NCBI GenBank assembly: GCA_934153805.1
Contig: CAKPFO010000001.1
Span: 31,080-95,079 of the forward strand
Direction: 5' to 3'
Source of the DNA: an uncultured Clostridia bacterium
GTDB lineage: Bacteria; Bacillota; Clostridia; TANB77; CAG-508
DNA: 64,000 bases
Notes under the pieces: generated by a model
The model's database searches: none
Told to the model about the DNA's origin: nothing
The model's input: only the letters and a program-made list of their open reading frames with translations
Part shown: positions 19,044 through 29,468 of the stretch, piece by piece
Position numbering within the stretch: position 1 is the stretch's first letter
Layout of the letters: each line of letters starts with the position of its first letter
Translations under genes and position numbers: made by a program

Positions 19044-21311
19044 GTGAAAGGAACTGTAATAATTATGAATACAAATAGATTAAATGGAAGCAAAAATAGT
19101 GCTGGAAAAAACAAAAAATCTAGCATTAACTCTGTTTCCTCAAAAAAATTAATATATACAATGATTGGTGGTTTTATTTTACTATTACTTCTTATTATAC
19201 GACTATTTTTTATTGATTTCATTCAAGGTAGTTGGTTAAAAGAATCTGCTAGTAGGCAACAAACAACAAACAGGATTTTAAGTCCTAACAGGGGTATTAT
19301 ATATGATTCAACTGGAAAAGTGTTAGCTCAAAGTGCTGCTGTTGACACAATAACTATAAACCCTACAAAAATTAAAGGAAAAAATAATAAAGAAGTAGAT
19401 AAAGAAAAATTGGCTAAAGCTTTTTCTGATATTTTTGAATTAGATTATAATGAAGTTCTTGAAAAGGTAAACAGCACTAGCTCTGTTGAAACAATTATAA
19501 AAAAAGTTGAGCAAGATAAAGTTGATAAATTACAAAAATGGCTAACTGAAAATGAAGTTACTGCTGGTGTAAACATTGATGAAGATTATAAAAGATATTA
19601 TCCTTATAATAACTTAGCTTCTAATTTAATTGGTTTTTGTGACACTGATAATAATGGTCAATGGGGATTAGAAGCTACTTGGAATAGTGTTTTAAGTGGT
19701 ACTCCTGGTAAAATGGTTACCATAGAAGATGCCGTTTCTGACCTTATTCCTGATAAAAACGAAACTTATATTCCTGCTGAGAACGGAAGCAATATTACAC
19801 TTACCCTTGATGCAAACATTCAAACTATTGTTGAAAAATATTTAAAGCAAGCTTGCATAGAAAATGAAACAAAATATGGTGGTACAGCTATTGTTATGAA
19901 GCCATCGACAGGCGATATACTTGCAATGGCTACATACCCTGATTATGATTTAAACAATCCTCGTTCTGCACCTATTGGTTATGAATCTACTTGGGATACA
20001 CTTTCTGAATCTGAACAGTTAAATGCTTGGTATTCCGTATGGAGAAATAAAAATGTTTCGGACACTTATGAACCCGGCTCTACATTTAAAATTATAACAG
20101 CTTCTGTTGGTTTAGAAGAAAATATTGTAAAAACTGATACTCAAAATGACTTCTTATGTATTGGTCATGAAGTTGTAAACGGTTTAACAATTAATTGTTG
20201 GAAATACGTAACTACTCATGGTTATCAAACTTTAAGACAAGCTTTAATGAATTCTTGTAACCCTGCTTTAATGCAATTAGGTAAAAGAATTGGAGCTTCT
20301 ACATTATATAAATATTATGAAGCTTTTGGCTTATTTGATAAAACAGGTATTGCTACTTCTGGTGAAAGCAACAGTCAATTTTGGGATTTAGATGATGTTG
20401 GAAACATAGAGCTTGCAACAATGTCATTTGGTCAAAGATTTAGGATCACACCTATTCAGTTAGTAACTGCTGTATCTTCTATTGCAAATGATGGTGTGCT
20501 TATGCAACCTCGTATTGTAAAACAAATTGAAAACACAGACACTGGCGCTATTACAACTATTGACCCTGTATCTGTAAGACAAGTTCTATCTTCTAATACT
20601 TGTGATGAAATACTTGATATGTTAAAGTCAGTAGTAAGTGATGGAACTGGATATTTAGGAGCTGTAAAAGGCTACACTATTGCTGGTAAAACAGGTACAT
20701 CTGAACCAGACAAAACTCAATCAGACCCTATGTATGTTGCATCATTTATTGGAATTGCTCCTGCGGATAATCCAGAGCTTGTCATCTTAGTAGCATTATA
20801 CGGACCTGAAGGTGAAAACGGACATCAAGGTGGAACTATTGCAGCACCAGTAGTTTCTCAAATATTATCAGAAGTTTTACCTTATTTAGGAATCCCTACT
20901 GATGATTTGACAGCAACAACCTCTTCTAATATCACTCTTCCTGATGTTAGAAATAAAACAGTTGCAGAGGCTAGAAAAATATTAGAAAATTTAGGAATTA
21001 CAGCTGTTATATCTGGTGATGATTCTGCTATAGTAACAGACCAAGTTCCAAAGCCTGGTACATCTTTAGCTAGTGGCGCTACAGTTAACATCTATTCTTC
21101 TGGAAATGAAGCACGTGTTTCTGCAACAGTTCCTAATTTGAAAGATATGACTTTATCACAAGCCACAGCAGCTTTAAAAGCTAAAAAGTTAAATATACAC
21201 GCAACTGGCTCTGGCAAGGTTGTTTCTCAAGACCCTATGGCTGGAACCTCTGTTGAGGAAGGTACAGTTATTAATGTAACCCTTCAACAACATATTACAG
21301 AAGCGCATTAA
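19044..21311 (+). CDS. class B penicillin-binding protein with two C-terminal PASTA domains (PBP2B/FtsI-like)
   Basis: STFK, SCN, KTGT motifs. Two PASTA repeats at the C-terminus. Start may be the internal MNTNRL (19065). Confidence 0.8.
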   Translation: MKGTVIIMNTNRLNGSKNSAGKNKKSSINSVSSKKLIYTMIGGFILLLLLIIRLFFIDFIQGSWLKESASRQQTTNRILSPNRGIIYDSTGKVLAQSAAVDTITINPTKIKGKNNKEVDKEKLAKAFSDIFELDYNEVLEKVNSTSSVETIIKKVEQDKVDKLQKWLTENEVTAGVNIDEDYKRYYPYNNLASNLIGFCDTDNNGQWGLEATWNSVLSGTPGKMVTIEDAVSDLIPDKNETYIPAENGSNITLTLDANIQTIVEKYLKQACIENETKYGGTAIVMKPSTGDILAMATYPDYDLNNPRSAPIGYESTWDTLSESEQLNAWYSVWRNKNVSDTYEPGSTFKIITASVGLEENIVKTDTQNDFLCIGHEVVNGLTINCWKYVTTHGYQTLRQALMNSCNPALMQLGKRIGASTLYKYYEAFGLFDKTGIATSGESNSQFWDLDDVGNIELATMSFGQRFRITPIQLVTAVSSIANDGVLMQPRIVKQIENTDTGAITTIDPVSVRQVLSSNTCDEILDMLKSVVSDGTGYLGAVKGYTIAGKTGTSEPDKTQSDPMYVASFIGIAPADNPELVILVALYGPEGENGHQGGTIAAPVVSQILSEVLPYLGIPTDDLTATTSSNITLPDVRNKTVAEARKILENLGITAVISGDDSAIVTDQVPKPGTSLASGATVNIYSSGNEARVSATVPNLKDMTLSQATAALKAKKLNIHATGSGKVVSQDPMAGTSVEEGTVINVTLQQHITEAH

Positions 21312-21332
21312 ATTATATTTTATAAAAAAGTT

Positions 21333-21516
21333 CTACACATTTAATATGTATAGAACTTTTTGTTTTAACATTTTTATTTACAAACTAATAAAGGGGGTGT
21401 CCCTAATTGTACACATTTAATATGTATAGTGCTTTTTGTTTTGTCATTTTTATTTACAAACTAGTAAAGGGGTGTCCCTAATCGAAAAATTTTTTGAAAA
21501 AGGGGCGTCCCTAATT
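21333..21516. repeat. tandem about 76-bp direct repeat (2.3 copies), each with a CTACACATTTAATATGTATAG near-palindrome plus a GGGG(T/C)GTCCC core
   Basis: Units at about 21333-21409, 21410-21485, with a partial third. Confidence 0.6.
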
Positions 21517-21536
21517 GTATTTTTCTTCATTTTCTC

Positions 21537-21565
21537 TTGACAGATATTTCTTTAGATGCTATTAT
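21537..21565 (+). promoter_or_regulatory. strong promoter TTGACA-N17-TATTAT driving the tRNA
   Basis: TTGACA at 21537-21542, TATTAT at 21560-21565, 19 nt before the tRNA 5' end. Confidence 0.5.
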
Positions 21566-21584
21566 ATATTAGTAAATTTTATGT

Positions 21585-21659
21585 GGCCCCTTGGTCAAGC
21601 GGTTAAGACGCAGCCCTCTCAAGGCTGAATCATGGGTTCGATTCCCGTAGGGGTCACCA
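21585..21659 (+). tRNA. tRNA-Glu (anticodon CUC), CCA encoded
   Basis: Hand-folded cloverleaf. Acceptor GGCCCCT/AGGGGTC. Anticodon loop CTCTCAA with U33 and A37. T-loop TTCGATT. Near-identical backbone to Bacillus tRNA-Glu except C34. Confidence 0.85.
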
Positions 21660-21674
21660 ATTTTATTAATTCTT

Positions 21675-22478
21675 CTATACTGAAGCAAGAACTATTTTGG
21701 CACAGTTTATATAGCAAATTAATTTTTCCTTTAGATTTTTTCCATCAATATAGTCAATTGCATATTCCATTACTATATCTCCATTATACCCTGATTCTAT
21801 AAGTTGCTTTATTTTTTCTAAAACTTGTTTCGTGTGCTTTTCTGTTTTTTCTATTATTGGATAATGGTCTTCTAGTTCTCCTTTTGTATGTATATGCACA
21901 TTGTTCAATCTTTCGGCCAATATTTCATTTAGTTTATCCTTTTTTATCATATCGTCCATCATTTCATGTCCTATATCATAGGTAAATTTTATATCTTGAT
22001 TTTCGTTTAAAATGTCTATTAAATTTTCTTTCTTTAATCTTTTTATTTTTTCAAAATCATTCAAATTTTCAAGACTTAATTCTATATATTCATTATATTT
22101 ATTTTCTGCTATATACTCGGTTAGTTCTGTCACATAGCAATTTGTTACTTTTTTACTTTCTTCTAATGAGTCAGCATTTATAGGGTGAAATACAATATTT
22201 ACTTTTCTTCTTTGTATTTTTGATATTTCTACCGCAAAATCTAAATAGCTTTCATATTGTTCTACATTGCATAGACTTGGAGCATGCAAGTTAACTATAT
22301 ATCCATTGTCGCTAGCTATTTTAGTAAATTTCTTTAGATATTCTTCTTCATCTTTTGACTTTGTTACCGCTTCAAAACCTCGTATTAGATTTTGCTTGTC
22401 GTTTTTTACTACTATATCTATAAATTCTTTTGGTGATATTTCAAAGAATTTATAATTTATGCTCAATATTGTTTTCAT
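21675..22478 (-). CDS. xylose-isomerase-like TIM-barrel protein (sugar phosphate isomerase/epimerase family), putative
   Basis: FTYDIGHEMMD, NVHIHTKGE, VMEY metal-ligand-like pattern. Start moved to MKTILSI to avoid overlap with the SDR gene. Confidence 0.4.
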   Translation of the reverse strand: MKTILSINYKFFEISPKEFIDIVVKNDKQNLIRGFEAVTKSKDEEEYLKKFTKIASDNGYIVNLHAPSLCNVEQYESYLDFAVEISKIQRRKVNIVFHPINADSLEESKKVTNCYVTELTEYIAENKYNEYIELSLENLNDFEKIKRLKKENLIDILNENQDIKFTYDIGHEMMDDMIKKDKLNEILAERLNNVHIHTKGELEDHYPIIEKTEKHTKQVLEKIKQLIESGYNGDIVMEYAIDYIDGKNLKEKLICYINCAKIVLASV

Positions 22479-22512
22479 TCTTAATTTTCCTTTATCTACT
22501 TTAGTATTTCTA

Positions 22513-23283
22513 TTATTTTCTCTTTTTTTCTTGCATATGATAGCATACTTTTGCAACTAAGGTGTCTGGTGATATTTTGCTTAGCACTCTTGCTATTTTT
22601 ACAGTTGTTCCTGGTATTATAATAAACTTTCCACTTAAAGCTTTGTCTATGCCATATTTAGCAACTTCTTCGCTACTCAAACTTCTTAAATTAAATTTAA
22701 CATCTGCAACTTTATTAAAATTTGTGTTTACTGGTCCTGGACATAATACACTAATTGAAACTTTTGATTTTTCTTTTCTTAATTCCTCTCTTATAGCTTG
22801 AGAAAGTCTTACTATATAATTTTTAGTTGCATAATATGTTGCCATTAAAGGTCCTGGCATAAAGCCTGCTATTGATGCAACATTTAATATTCTTCCACTA
22901 TCATTTTGTATCATATCTTGCAAAAATAATTTTGTCAAAATATGAACAGCTTTTATATTAGTGTCTATCATTGCTAGTTCTTTTGTCAAGTCTGTATTTT
23001 CAAATTCTCCAAACAATCCAAATCCAGCATTATTAACAAGTACATCTATCCTTTCATATTTTTCTTTTACTTGTCTATATAATCTTTTGCATTCCTCTTC
23101 TTTAGATAAGTCTGCTACAATTATATCTATAACGTTATCATTTTTTGTATTAAGTTCATTTTTCAATTCTTGTAATTTTTCTTTGCCTCGTGCAGTTATT
23201 ATTAATTCATACCCCAAGCTATTTAAATATCTTGCCATATCTCTTCCTATTCCAGAAGATGCTCCGGTAACTAATGCTCTCAT
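22513..23283 (-). CDS. SDR family oxidoreductase
   Basis: TGASSGIGR, NNAG, YYATK motifs. Confidence 0.85.
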   Translation of the reverse strand: MRALVTGASSGIGRDMARYLNSLGYELIITARGKEKLQELKNELNTKNDNVIDIIVADLSKEEECKRLYRQVKEKYERIDVLVNNAGFGLFGEFENTDLTKELAMIDTNIKAVHILTKLFLQDMIQNDSGRILNVASIAGFMPGPLMATYYATKNYIVRLSQAIREELRKEKSKVSISVLCPGPVNTNFNKVADVKFNLRSLSSEEVAKYGIDKALSGKFIIIPGTTVKIARVLSKISPDTLVAKVCYHMQEKKRK

Positions 23284-23298
23284 ATTATATTCCTTCCA

Positions 23299-24489
23299 TT
23301 AAAAGCTTATTATTTCGTTATATATATCTATTGCGTATTTATCTGTCATTCCAGATATGTAATGAATAATTGCTTTTGCATAATCTTTCTTTTCTTTTAA
23401 ATCATACAACTTTTTATTTGTTTCTTGATTTTCTTCTTTGCAATATGTTTGTATCCATTTTATAAATGCATCTATCAATCTAGGGTATATTCTCCTCTTC
23501 TCCTCTAATTTTTTCAAAGTATTTTCTCCATCATACACTTTATATAGAGTATTAAATATTTCTCCTAGTACTAATTTAAAATATCTATTAGCCGCTTCTA
23601 CCTTTTCTGCTGTATATATATTGGCTATATAAAATTCATTTAATTTATCCAATAAATTTATTTTATCATCAGAAAATTTTAGTCCACCTTCTACGCTACT
23701 ATTTTCACATAAATCTGAGATAAGCATACTGATTATATTGCTGTTGTTCATATTTTTTCCAATATTTAAAATTTTAGTTAATTCTTCTACTTGATTTTTA
23801 CCCAATATTTTTACAGATAGAGAATCTTCTAAATCTCTTGCTATATATGATATTCTATCTGCAAGTTTTACTACACAACCTTCCCATGTATATGGCATAT
23901 ACTCGTTTGGTCTTGTGTACATCTGTAAATCTATAGCTTCATCTCTAGGAAACAACACTTTATCATTTACTTCTCCACAATGTGATATAATTCCATCTCT
24001 AACAGCATATGTCAAATTTAGATTTGTTTTGTGACCATCATGATTTTCCAATAATATTAAATTATCAACCGCATTTAATCCATTTTTTTCATGCCAAAAG
24101 CTTTCTCCTGCCTCTTTTTGCATAATTTCATTTAATATTTTTTCTCCTGAATGTCCAAAAGGACTATGACCTAAATCATGCGCTATTGATATTGCTTTTG
24201 TGAGCTCTGTATTTAACCCTAAATTATTTGCTATAGTATAGCTAATAGATTCTACATAGTTTACATGTTCTATCCTTGTACAAATGTGGTCACTTACTGG
24301 TGAAAAATATACTTGTGTTTTATGCTTTAGTCTTCTATATGCTGTCGAATACAAAATTCTTGTATAGTCTCTTTCAAATTCTGTTCTAATATCTCCTTTT
24401 TTCTTACTTAAAGGTCTTTTTCTTTTTATCATTTGCTCCCATTTAGGATTTTTTTCATTTGCTGCAACATTTTCAAACTTTTTTTCCAT
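23299..24489 (-). CDS. dGTPase-like HD-domain phosphohydrolase
   Basis: RTEFERDYTRILYSTAYRRLKHKTQVYF and HTRIEHVNYV HD region. Confidence 0.8.
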   Translation of the reverse strand: MEKKFENVAANEKNPKWEQMIKRKRPLSKKKGDIRTEFERDYTRILYSTAYRRLKHKTQVYFSPVSDHICTRIEHVNYVESISYTIANNLGLNTELTKAISIAHDLGHSPFGHSGEKILNEIMQKEAGESFWHEKNGLNAVDNLILLENHDGHKTNLNLTYAVRDGIISHCGEVNDKVLFPRDEAIDLQMYTRPNEYMPYTWEGCVVKLADRISYIARDLEDSLSVKILGKNQVEELTKILNIGKNMNNSNIISMLISDLCENSSVEGGLKFSDDKINLLDKLNEFYIANIYTAEKVEAANRYFKLVLGEIFNTLYKVYDGENTLKKLEEKRRIYPRLIDAFIKWIQTYCKEENQETNKKLYDLKEKKDYAKAIIHYISGMTDKYAIDIYNEIISF

Positions 24490-24553
24490 GCATTTTCATC
24501 CTCTCTTGCACTTGCTTTCTATTTTCTGCTCTACACTGCAAAAAGCCTTCTTC

Positions 24554-24811
24554 TTATTTCAAAATTTCTTCTAACGCTTTTGCTATTTGGTCTGGACATG
24601 ATGTTCCTTTTCCTGCACAGTCTATCCCTTTTAATCTCTTTATTACATCTTCTACTTTCATTCCTTCTACAAGCTTAGATATTCCTTGCAAATTTCCGTT
24701 GCATCCTCCTATTACTTTTAAGTTTTTTACAACTCCATCTTCTACTTCTAGTTCAATTTGTCTTGAACATACTCCATGTGGTGTATATGTATACTTCATT
24801 TTATTCTCCAT
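24554..24811 (-). CDS. TSCPD-domain protein
   Basis: GGCNGN...CAGKGTSCPDQIAKALEE signature. Confidence 0.6.
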   Translation of the reverse strand: MENKMKYTYTPHGVCSRQIELEVEDGVVKNLKVIGGCNGNLQGISKLVEGMKVEDVIKRLKGIDCAGKGTSCPDQIAKALEEILK

Positions 24812-24930
24812 TCCTTTCTTCTATTTCTTTTTTCACTTTATTTTACTATCTTATTGTACTATTTTTTTCTAATAATTTCAAGAGTCGAAAAGGGACGCCC
24901 CTTTTTCGAAAATTTTTACAAAAAGGGACA

Positions 24931-25010
24931 CCCCTTCTTTATTCCAGTGACATAAAGAAGGGCGAAGATTTTGACAAGTTTTAAAAGCTTTGTCAAAATC
25001 TTCGCCCAAT
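24931..25010. terminator. double hairpin terminator region (CCCCTTCTTTAT...ATAAAGAAGGG, then GGGCGAAGATTTTGACAAG...CTTTGTCAAAATCTTCGCCC 20-bp stem)
   Basis: Perfect inverted repeats followed by a T-run. Lies 3' of the GLUG pseudogene. Confidence 0.55.
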
Positions 25011-25018
25011 TTGCTTTT

Positions 25019-26648
25019 TTATTTATTACTATTCAATTGCCATTTTAATATTGGATAACCATTATTATATTTCCAATTACCTAATGAATCTTTCACATCA
25101 TTTGTCCATTCACTACCTAATGTAGAAGCTAAATTCATTAATTCTGCTGATGTTTTTTTGTTCTTTAAAATACTTTCATATTGTTTAGTTGTACCATTAT
25201 ATTGGTACGTTAAATATGTTGATGCTGTATCTAAATAATAACAATTGCTTATTTTGGCATTTGTTACATTATTCCATGATAATCCATGTGCTCCCAAAAT
25301 AGAACCTCTTAATTTTGTTAAATTAGTTGTATTTTCAGCTATATCTATTTCTTTTATACTTCCTATATTATAACAATTCTCAATAGTTCCATTAAGTGCA
25401 TGAGATATTATTCCCCCAGCGCAACTTGTAACAACATTTATTTTTCCTGTATTGTAGCAATTTATTACTTTTCCCGACCCATTATACATTGCTATTCCCC
25501 CTACATACATAAATCCTACACTTTGTTCGATTGTTACATTGCTATAACACTTATTAACAACTCCATATACATGTCTAACTATTCCACCTACGGCAAAGTC
25601 TTTTTTTGAAGATGATGTACTTAAAATTGTACCAGATGCAGAACATTCTTCTACTTTTCCATAGCAATCATTTACTAATCCCCCTATTCCTCTTGTTCCT
25701 TCAGTTTTATTATCATAATATATATTTCTTAAATTTACTTTTTTACAGTTTCTATTGAATCTAGAGTTCCTATAAATCCAAAGTTAGCTATTTTTTCTTC
25801 TTCAATATACACATTTTTAATAGAATAATAATCTCCATTTAACGTTCCTGCAAATTTATTTATTGGTACCCACTGATTATTTACGTTTCCTTGCAAGTCT
25901 ATGATTGCTATTTGTAGTATCGTTTCTCCACTAAATGTGTTTCCTTCATTTGCAATTGTTGCTAATTTCTTTAAATTTTCTGCTGTTCCTATTGTGTAGT
26001 TTTTTATCCCTTCTTGATTTGCTTCTTTTACTTTATTGGTTGTACTTGTTACTTTTAACTTTAATGTATAATCATTGTAAAATTCTAAATTTACTAAATT
26101 ACTTAATTTATCTAAACTTAATGTTTCTGTATATGTTTTGCTATTTATATTTTTATTATAAATTACTATATCTCCTAATTTTAGTTCTACCTTTTGAATG
26201 CTACTTTCTAGTGCTGTTGCTCCTATTTCTATTGTCGTTCCTTCTGTTATTTTATTATTACTTACTTGCACTGTGGCTGTTACATTTTCTTCCCATATTG
26301 CATACAATGTTGTATTTTCTTTTATCGTTATATTATCTCCATTATTATAGCTTGTTCCTGTTCCATCTTGATTTGTATTCCAACTTACAAAATTAAATCC
26401 TTCTTTTGTATATGTATTTTCTGGCAATTTATTTTGCTGTTGTTGCTCTTCCGTGTTTGCTCATCTAATATATCCAAGTTTAATTCTTCAAAATATGCAG
26501 CTTTTTTATACTCTTCTCTTGCTCTTGTCGCTTTAGTTATTAGTCCGTTTTCTCCTACTGTTAAATTAATTGTTACACCAACTAGTATTATTAATACAAT
26601 TATGGTTATTACTAATGATATTAATGTTATCCCTCTTTTACTTTTCAT
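25019..26648 (-). pseudogene. frameshifted paralog of the GLUG surface protein: prepilin-like leader (26385..26648), Listeria-Bacteroides (Flg_new) repeat segment (25735..26427), GLUG beta-helix segment (25019..25510)
   Basis: Three consecutive ORFs in different frames with collinear domain order. The N-terminus (MKSKRGITLISLVITIIVLIILVGVTINLTVGENGL) is about 75% identical to the leader of the gene at 1..920. Confidence 0.5.
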
Positions 26649-26742
26649 TTGTTTCCTCCGTTTAAAATTATTATGACATTTTTGTCATACTTTAATTTTT
26701 AATATTATGAAATAATTATTTTTATATATAAGGAAGTTTTTT

Positions 26743-26934
26743 ATGATTCGTGAAAATAGAATTAAAAATCATATAACTCAAGAAGAACTTGCTGAAAAAT
26801 TAGACATAAGTTGGCGACAATTACAGCGTTTAGAAAATAATGAAGAAAACACTACTGTTAAAACTTTAAAAAAAATCATAAAAGTTTTAAATATTCCTGA
26901 TGATGAAATTTTAAATTATATAAAAAGAAATTAA
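26743..26934 (+). CDS. XRE-family HTH transcriptional regulator (63 aa)
   Basis: ITQEELAEKLDISWRQLQRLENNE HTH_3 motif. AGGAAG RBS. Confidence 0.75.
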   Translation: MIRENRIKNHITQEELAEKLDISWRQLQRLENNEENTTVKTLKKIIKVLNIPDDEILNYIKRN

Positions 26935-26976
26935 TATCAATATTAAATGTTAAAATTATCTGTTTTGGAGGATTTT

Positions 26977-27225
26977 ATGCACAAAATTAATCAATATAAT
27001 GATAATCTTAATATAATTGGCTCACGAATTAAGGAAATACGAAAAGATCAAAAACTTTCTCAAGAATATTTATGTGCGAGAATGCAAACTTTAGGTTACA
27101 AAATTAGCCGCTCTGACATATCTAAAATTGAAAACAACAAAAAATTTATATCTGATTTTGAGGTCCTTGGTTTTGCAAAATGTTTAAAAACTTCTGTTAG
27201 TAATTTGTATAAAGGACTTGAATAA
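26977..27225 (+). CDS. XRE-family HTH transcriptional regulator (second, adjacent)
   Basis: IRKDQKLSQEYLCARMQTLGYKISRSDISKIENNKK. Start set at MHKINQ with GGAGG RBS. Confidence 0.7.
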   Translation: MHKINQYNDNLNIIGSRIKEIRKDQKLSQEYLCARMQTLGYKISRSDISKIENNKKFISDFEVLGFAKCLKTSVSNLYKGLE

Positions 27226-27326
27226 AATTAGAAATTTATTTTATAGTGCCAAGAACTCCGTCCTATTGTCAATAACTCTGTTTCAATTGACAAAAAGAAA
27301 GACCATCTTTTCCAAATTTTTTTCAT

Positions 27327-27486
27327 AAAAAGGACACCCCTTCAATCTTTTTAAGAAAGAAGGGGTGTCCCTTTTAATAAATTTTTTCGAAAAAGGGGCG
27401 TCCCTTTTAACTATTCAATCTTTTTAAGAAAGAAGGGGTGTCCCTTTTAATAAATTTTTTCGAAAAAGGGGCGTCCCTTTTAACTA
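27327..27486. repeat. bidirectional terminator built from GGGGYGTCCC-core hairpins, with a tandem about 72-bp duplication
   Basis: AGGACACCCCTTC-N15-GAAGGGGTGTCCCTTTT 13-bp stem. Unit ttcaatctttttaagaaagaaggggtgtcccttttaataaattttttcgaaaaaggggcgtcccttttaact occurs twice in tandem. Confidence 0.6.
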
Positions 27487-29279
27487 AATATTTTGTCAAA
27501 TTCGTCTCCGTCAATTTTTTCTTTTTCTAGAAGAACTCCGGCTACTGCATGTAATTTGTCTATATTTGCTCTTAATATTTCTTCTGCTGTCTTGTAACCT
27601 TTGTCTACTATTTTCTTTACTTCTTCATCTACTATTGCTGCTGTTTCTTCAGAATATTCTTTAGATTGAGCAAAGTCTCTTCCTAAGAATACTTCTTCTT
27701 GGCCTGAGCCTAGCATTATTGTTCCTAATCTATCACTCATACCATATTTTGTAACCATATTTCTTGCAATTTTTGTTGCTCTTTCTATATCGTTACTAGC
27801 TCCTGTTGAAACATCGTTTAATATTAGTTTTTCTGCTACTCTTCCTCCTAGTAGTGATACTATATTTTCTTCCATTTCTGTCTTAGACATAAAGTTTTTA
27901 TCTTCTGTTGGACGATACATTGTATATCCTCCTGCCATTCCTCTTGGAACTATAGATATTTGATGTACTGGGTCTTGTGTTGGTAAAAATCTACTTACTA
28001 CAGCATGACCTGCTTCATGATATGCAACTAATTTGTTTTCTTTTTCGCTTCTTACTCTTGTTCTCTTTTCTGGTCCCATTGTTACTTTTATCATTGCATC
28101 TTCAATTTCTTTCATTCCTATTTCTGGTATATTACGTCTTGCTGCTAATAATGCTGCTTCGTTTAATACGTTTTCTAGGTCTGCACCTGCAAATCCTGAT
28201 GTATTTTTAGCAATTACCTTTAAGTCTACATCTGGTGCTAATCTTTTCTTTCTGCTATGAACTTCTAGAATTTGCTCTCTTGCTTTTACATCTGGTGAGC
28301 CTACCATTATTTGTCTATCAAATCTTCCTGCTCTTAATAGAGCTTTATCTAATACATCTGGTCTGTTTGTTGCAGCTAAAACTATAACACCTTCGTTTTC
28401 TGCAAATCCATCCATTTCTACTAACAATTGATTTAATGTTTGTTCTCTTTCGTCATGTCCTCCACCAAGTCCAGCTCCTCTTTGACGTCCTACTGCGTCT
28501 ATCTCGTCTATGAATATTATACATGGAGCTTTTCTTTTTGCTTCTTCAAACAAATCTCTAACTCTTGATGCACCAACACCAACAAACATTTCAACAAAGT
28601 CTGAACCACTTATTATAAAGAATGGTACTCCTGCTTCTCCTGCAACAGCTTTTGCTAAAAGCGTTTTTCCTGTTCCTGGAGGTCCTACTAATAGCACTCC
28701 TTTTGGAATTCTTGCTCCCATTTCTGTAAATTTTCTTGGGTTCTTTAAGAATTCTACAATTTCTTCTAGTTCTTCTTTTTCTTCATCTACACCGGCTACA
28801 TCATTAAATGTAATTTTGGCTTTGTCTTGTGGATTAAGCATTCTTGCTTTGCTTTTTCCAAATGACATTGTTTTGTTTCCACCATTTTGATTTCCATTCA
28901 TTATAAATAACCAGAAAATTATAAATATAATTAATATTCCAAATGGTGTTAATAAGCTTAAACCTATCATTATAATAGATTCAGATTTTTCTGTTACTAC
29001 TATGCTTTCTGTTTTCATAGCATCGCTTAAGTTTTCCATTAAGTTGTCTATACTTGGTATATTTACAACCTTTGGTACATTCTCATTTTTTAATACTACT
29101 TCTGCTTTGCTTCCATCTGAAGAAATTTCTATTTCTTTTACCTCTCCAGCTTCTATTTTAGATATTAATTGTGAATAAGCAAGCTTATTGTTTTTAACAT
29201 CTAAAATTGTTGTAAGTAGCACTATGAATATTATTAAGATAATCATCCATATTGCTAATGTTTTTATACTATTTTTCAA
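27480..29279 (-). CDS. ftsH: ATP-dependent zinc metalloprotease FtsH
   Basis: Two N-terminal TMs, GPPGTGKT Walker A, HEAGHA zinc site. Confidence 0.95.
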   Translation of the reverse strand: MKNSIKTLAIWMIILIIFIVLLTTILDVKNNKLAYSQLISKIEAGEVKEIEISSDGSKAEVVLKNENVPKVVNIPSIDNLMENLSDAMKTESIVVTEKSESIIMIGLSLLTPFGILIIFIIFWLFIMNGNQNGGNKTMSFGKSKARMLNPQDKAKITFNDVAGVDEEKEELEEIVEFLKNPRKFTEMGARIPKGVLLVGPPGTGKTLLAKAVAGEAGVPFFIISGSDFVEMFVGVGASRVRDLFEEAKRKAPCIIFIDEIDAVGRQRGAGLGGGHDEREQTLNQLLVEMDGFAENEGVIVLAATNRPDVLDKALLRAGRFDRQIMVGSPDVKAREQILEVHSRKKRLAPDVDLKVIAKNTSGFAGADLENVLNEAALLAARRNIPEIGMKEIEDAMIKVTMGPEKRTRVRSEKENKLVAYHEAGHAVVSRFLPTQDPVHQISIVPRGMAGGYTMYRPTEDKNFMSKTEMEENIVSLLGGRVAEKLILNDVSTGASNDIERATKIARNMVTKYGMSDRLGTIMLGSGQEEVFLGRDFAQSKEYSEETAAIVDEEVKKIVDKGYKTAEEILRANIDKLHAVAGVLLEKEKIDGDEFDKIFS

Positions 29280-29468
29280 AATGTTCTCCTCCTTTGTAAT
29301 CTGGAAATTAGAGGTTAGAAATCTTATATATACTCTAATCTGCCATATTCAAATTATTTTTCTATTCTTATATAACACATAAATCTATTTAATTCAAGTG
29401 TTTTTTATATGACTTTTTCTTTACAAAATTGTCTGTTTAAAAAAGCTCTTACGGAAAGTCGTTTAAAG

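Noticed and set aside
19019-19222. 67-aa minus-strand ORF
   Set aside because: It lies antisense over the N-terminus of the well-supported PBP gene at 19044, with no RBS or motif. Shadow ORF.
21333-21516. Possible CRISPR array (regular direct repeats)
   Set aside because: Only about 2.3 copies. The units are about 76 bp and nearly identical across their whole length, with no unique spacers. No cas genes nearby. This is a tandem duplication, not CRISPR.
29305-29345. HrcA CIRCE-like inverted repeat (TTAGAG...CTCTAA) upstream of ftsH
   Set aside because: It lacks the conserved GCACTC/GAGTGC core and the N9 spacing of CIRCE.
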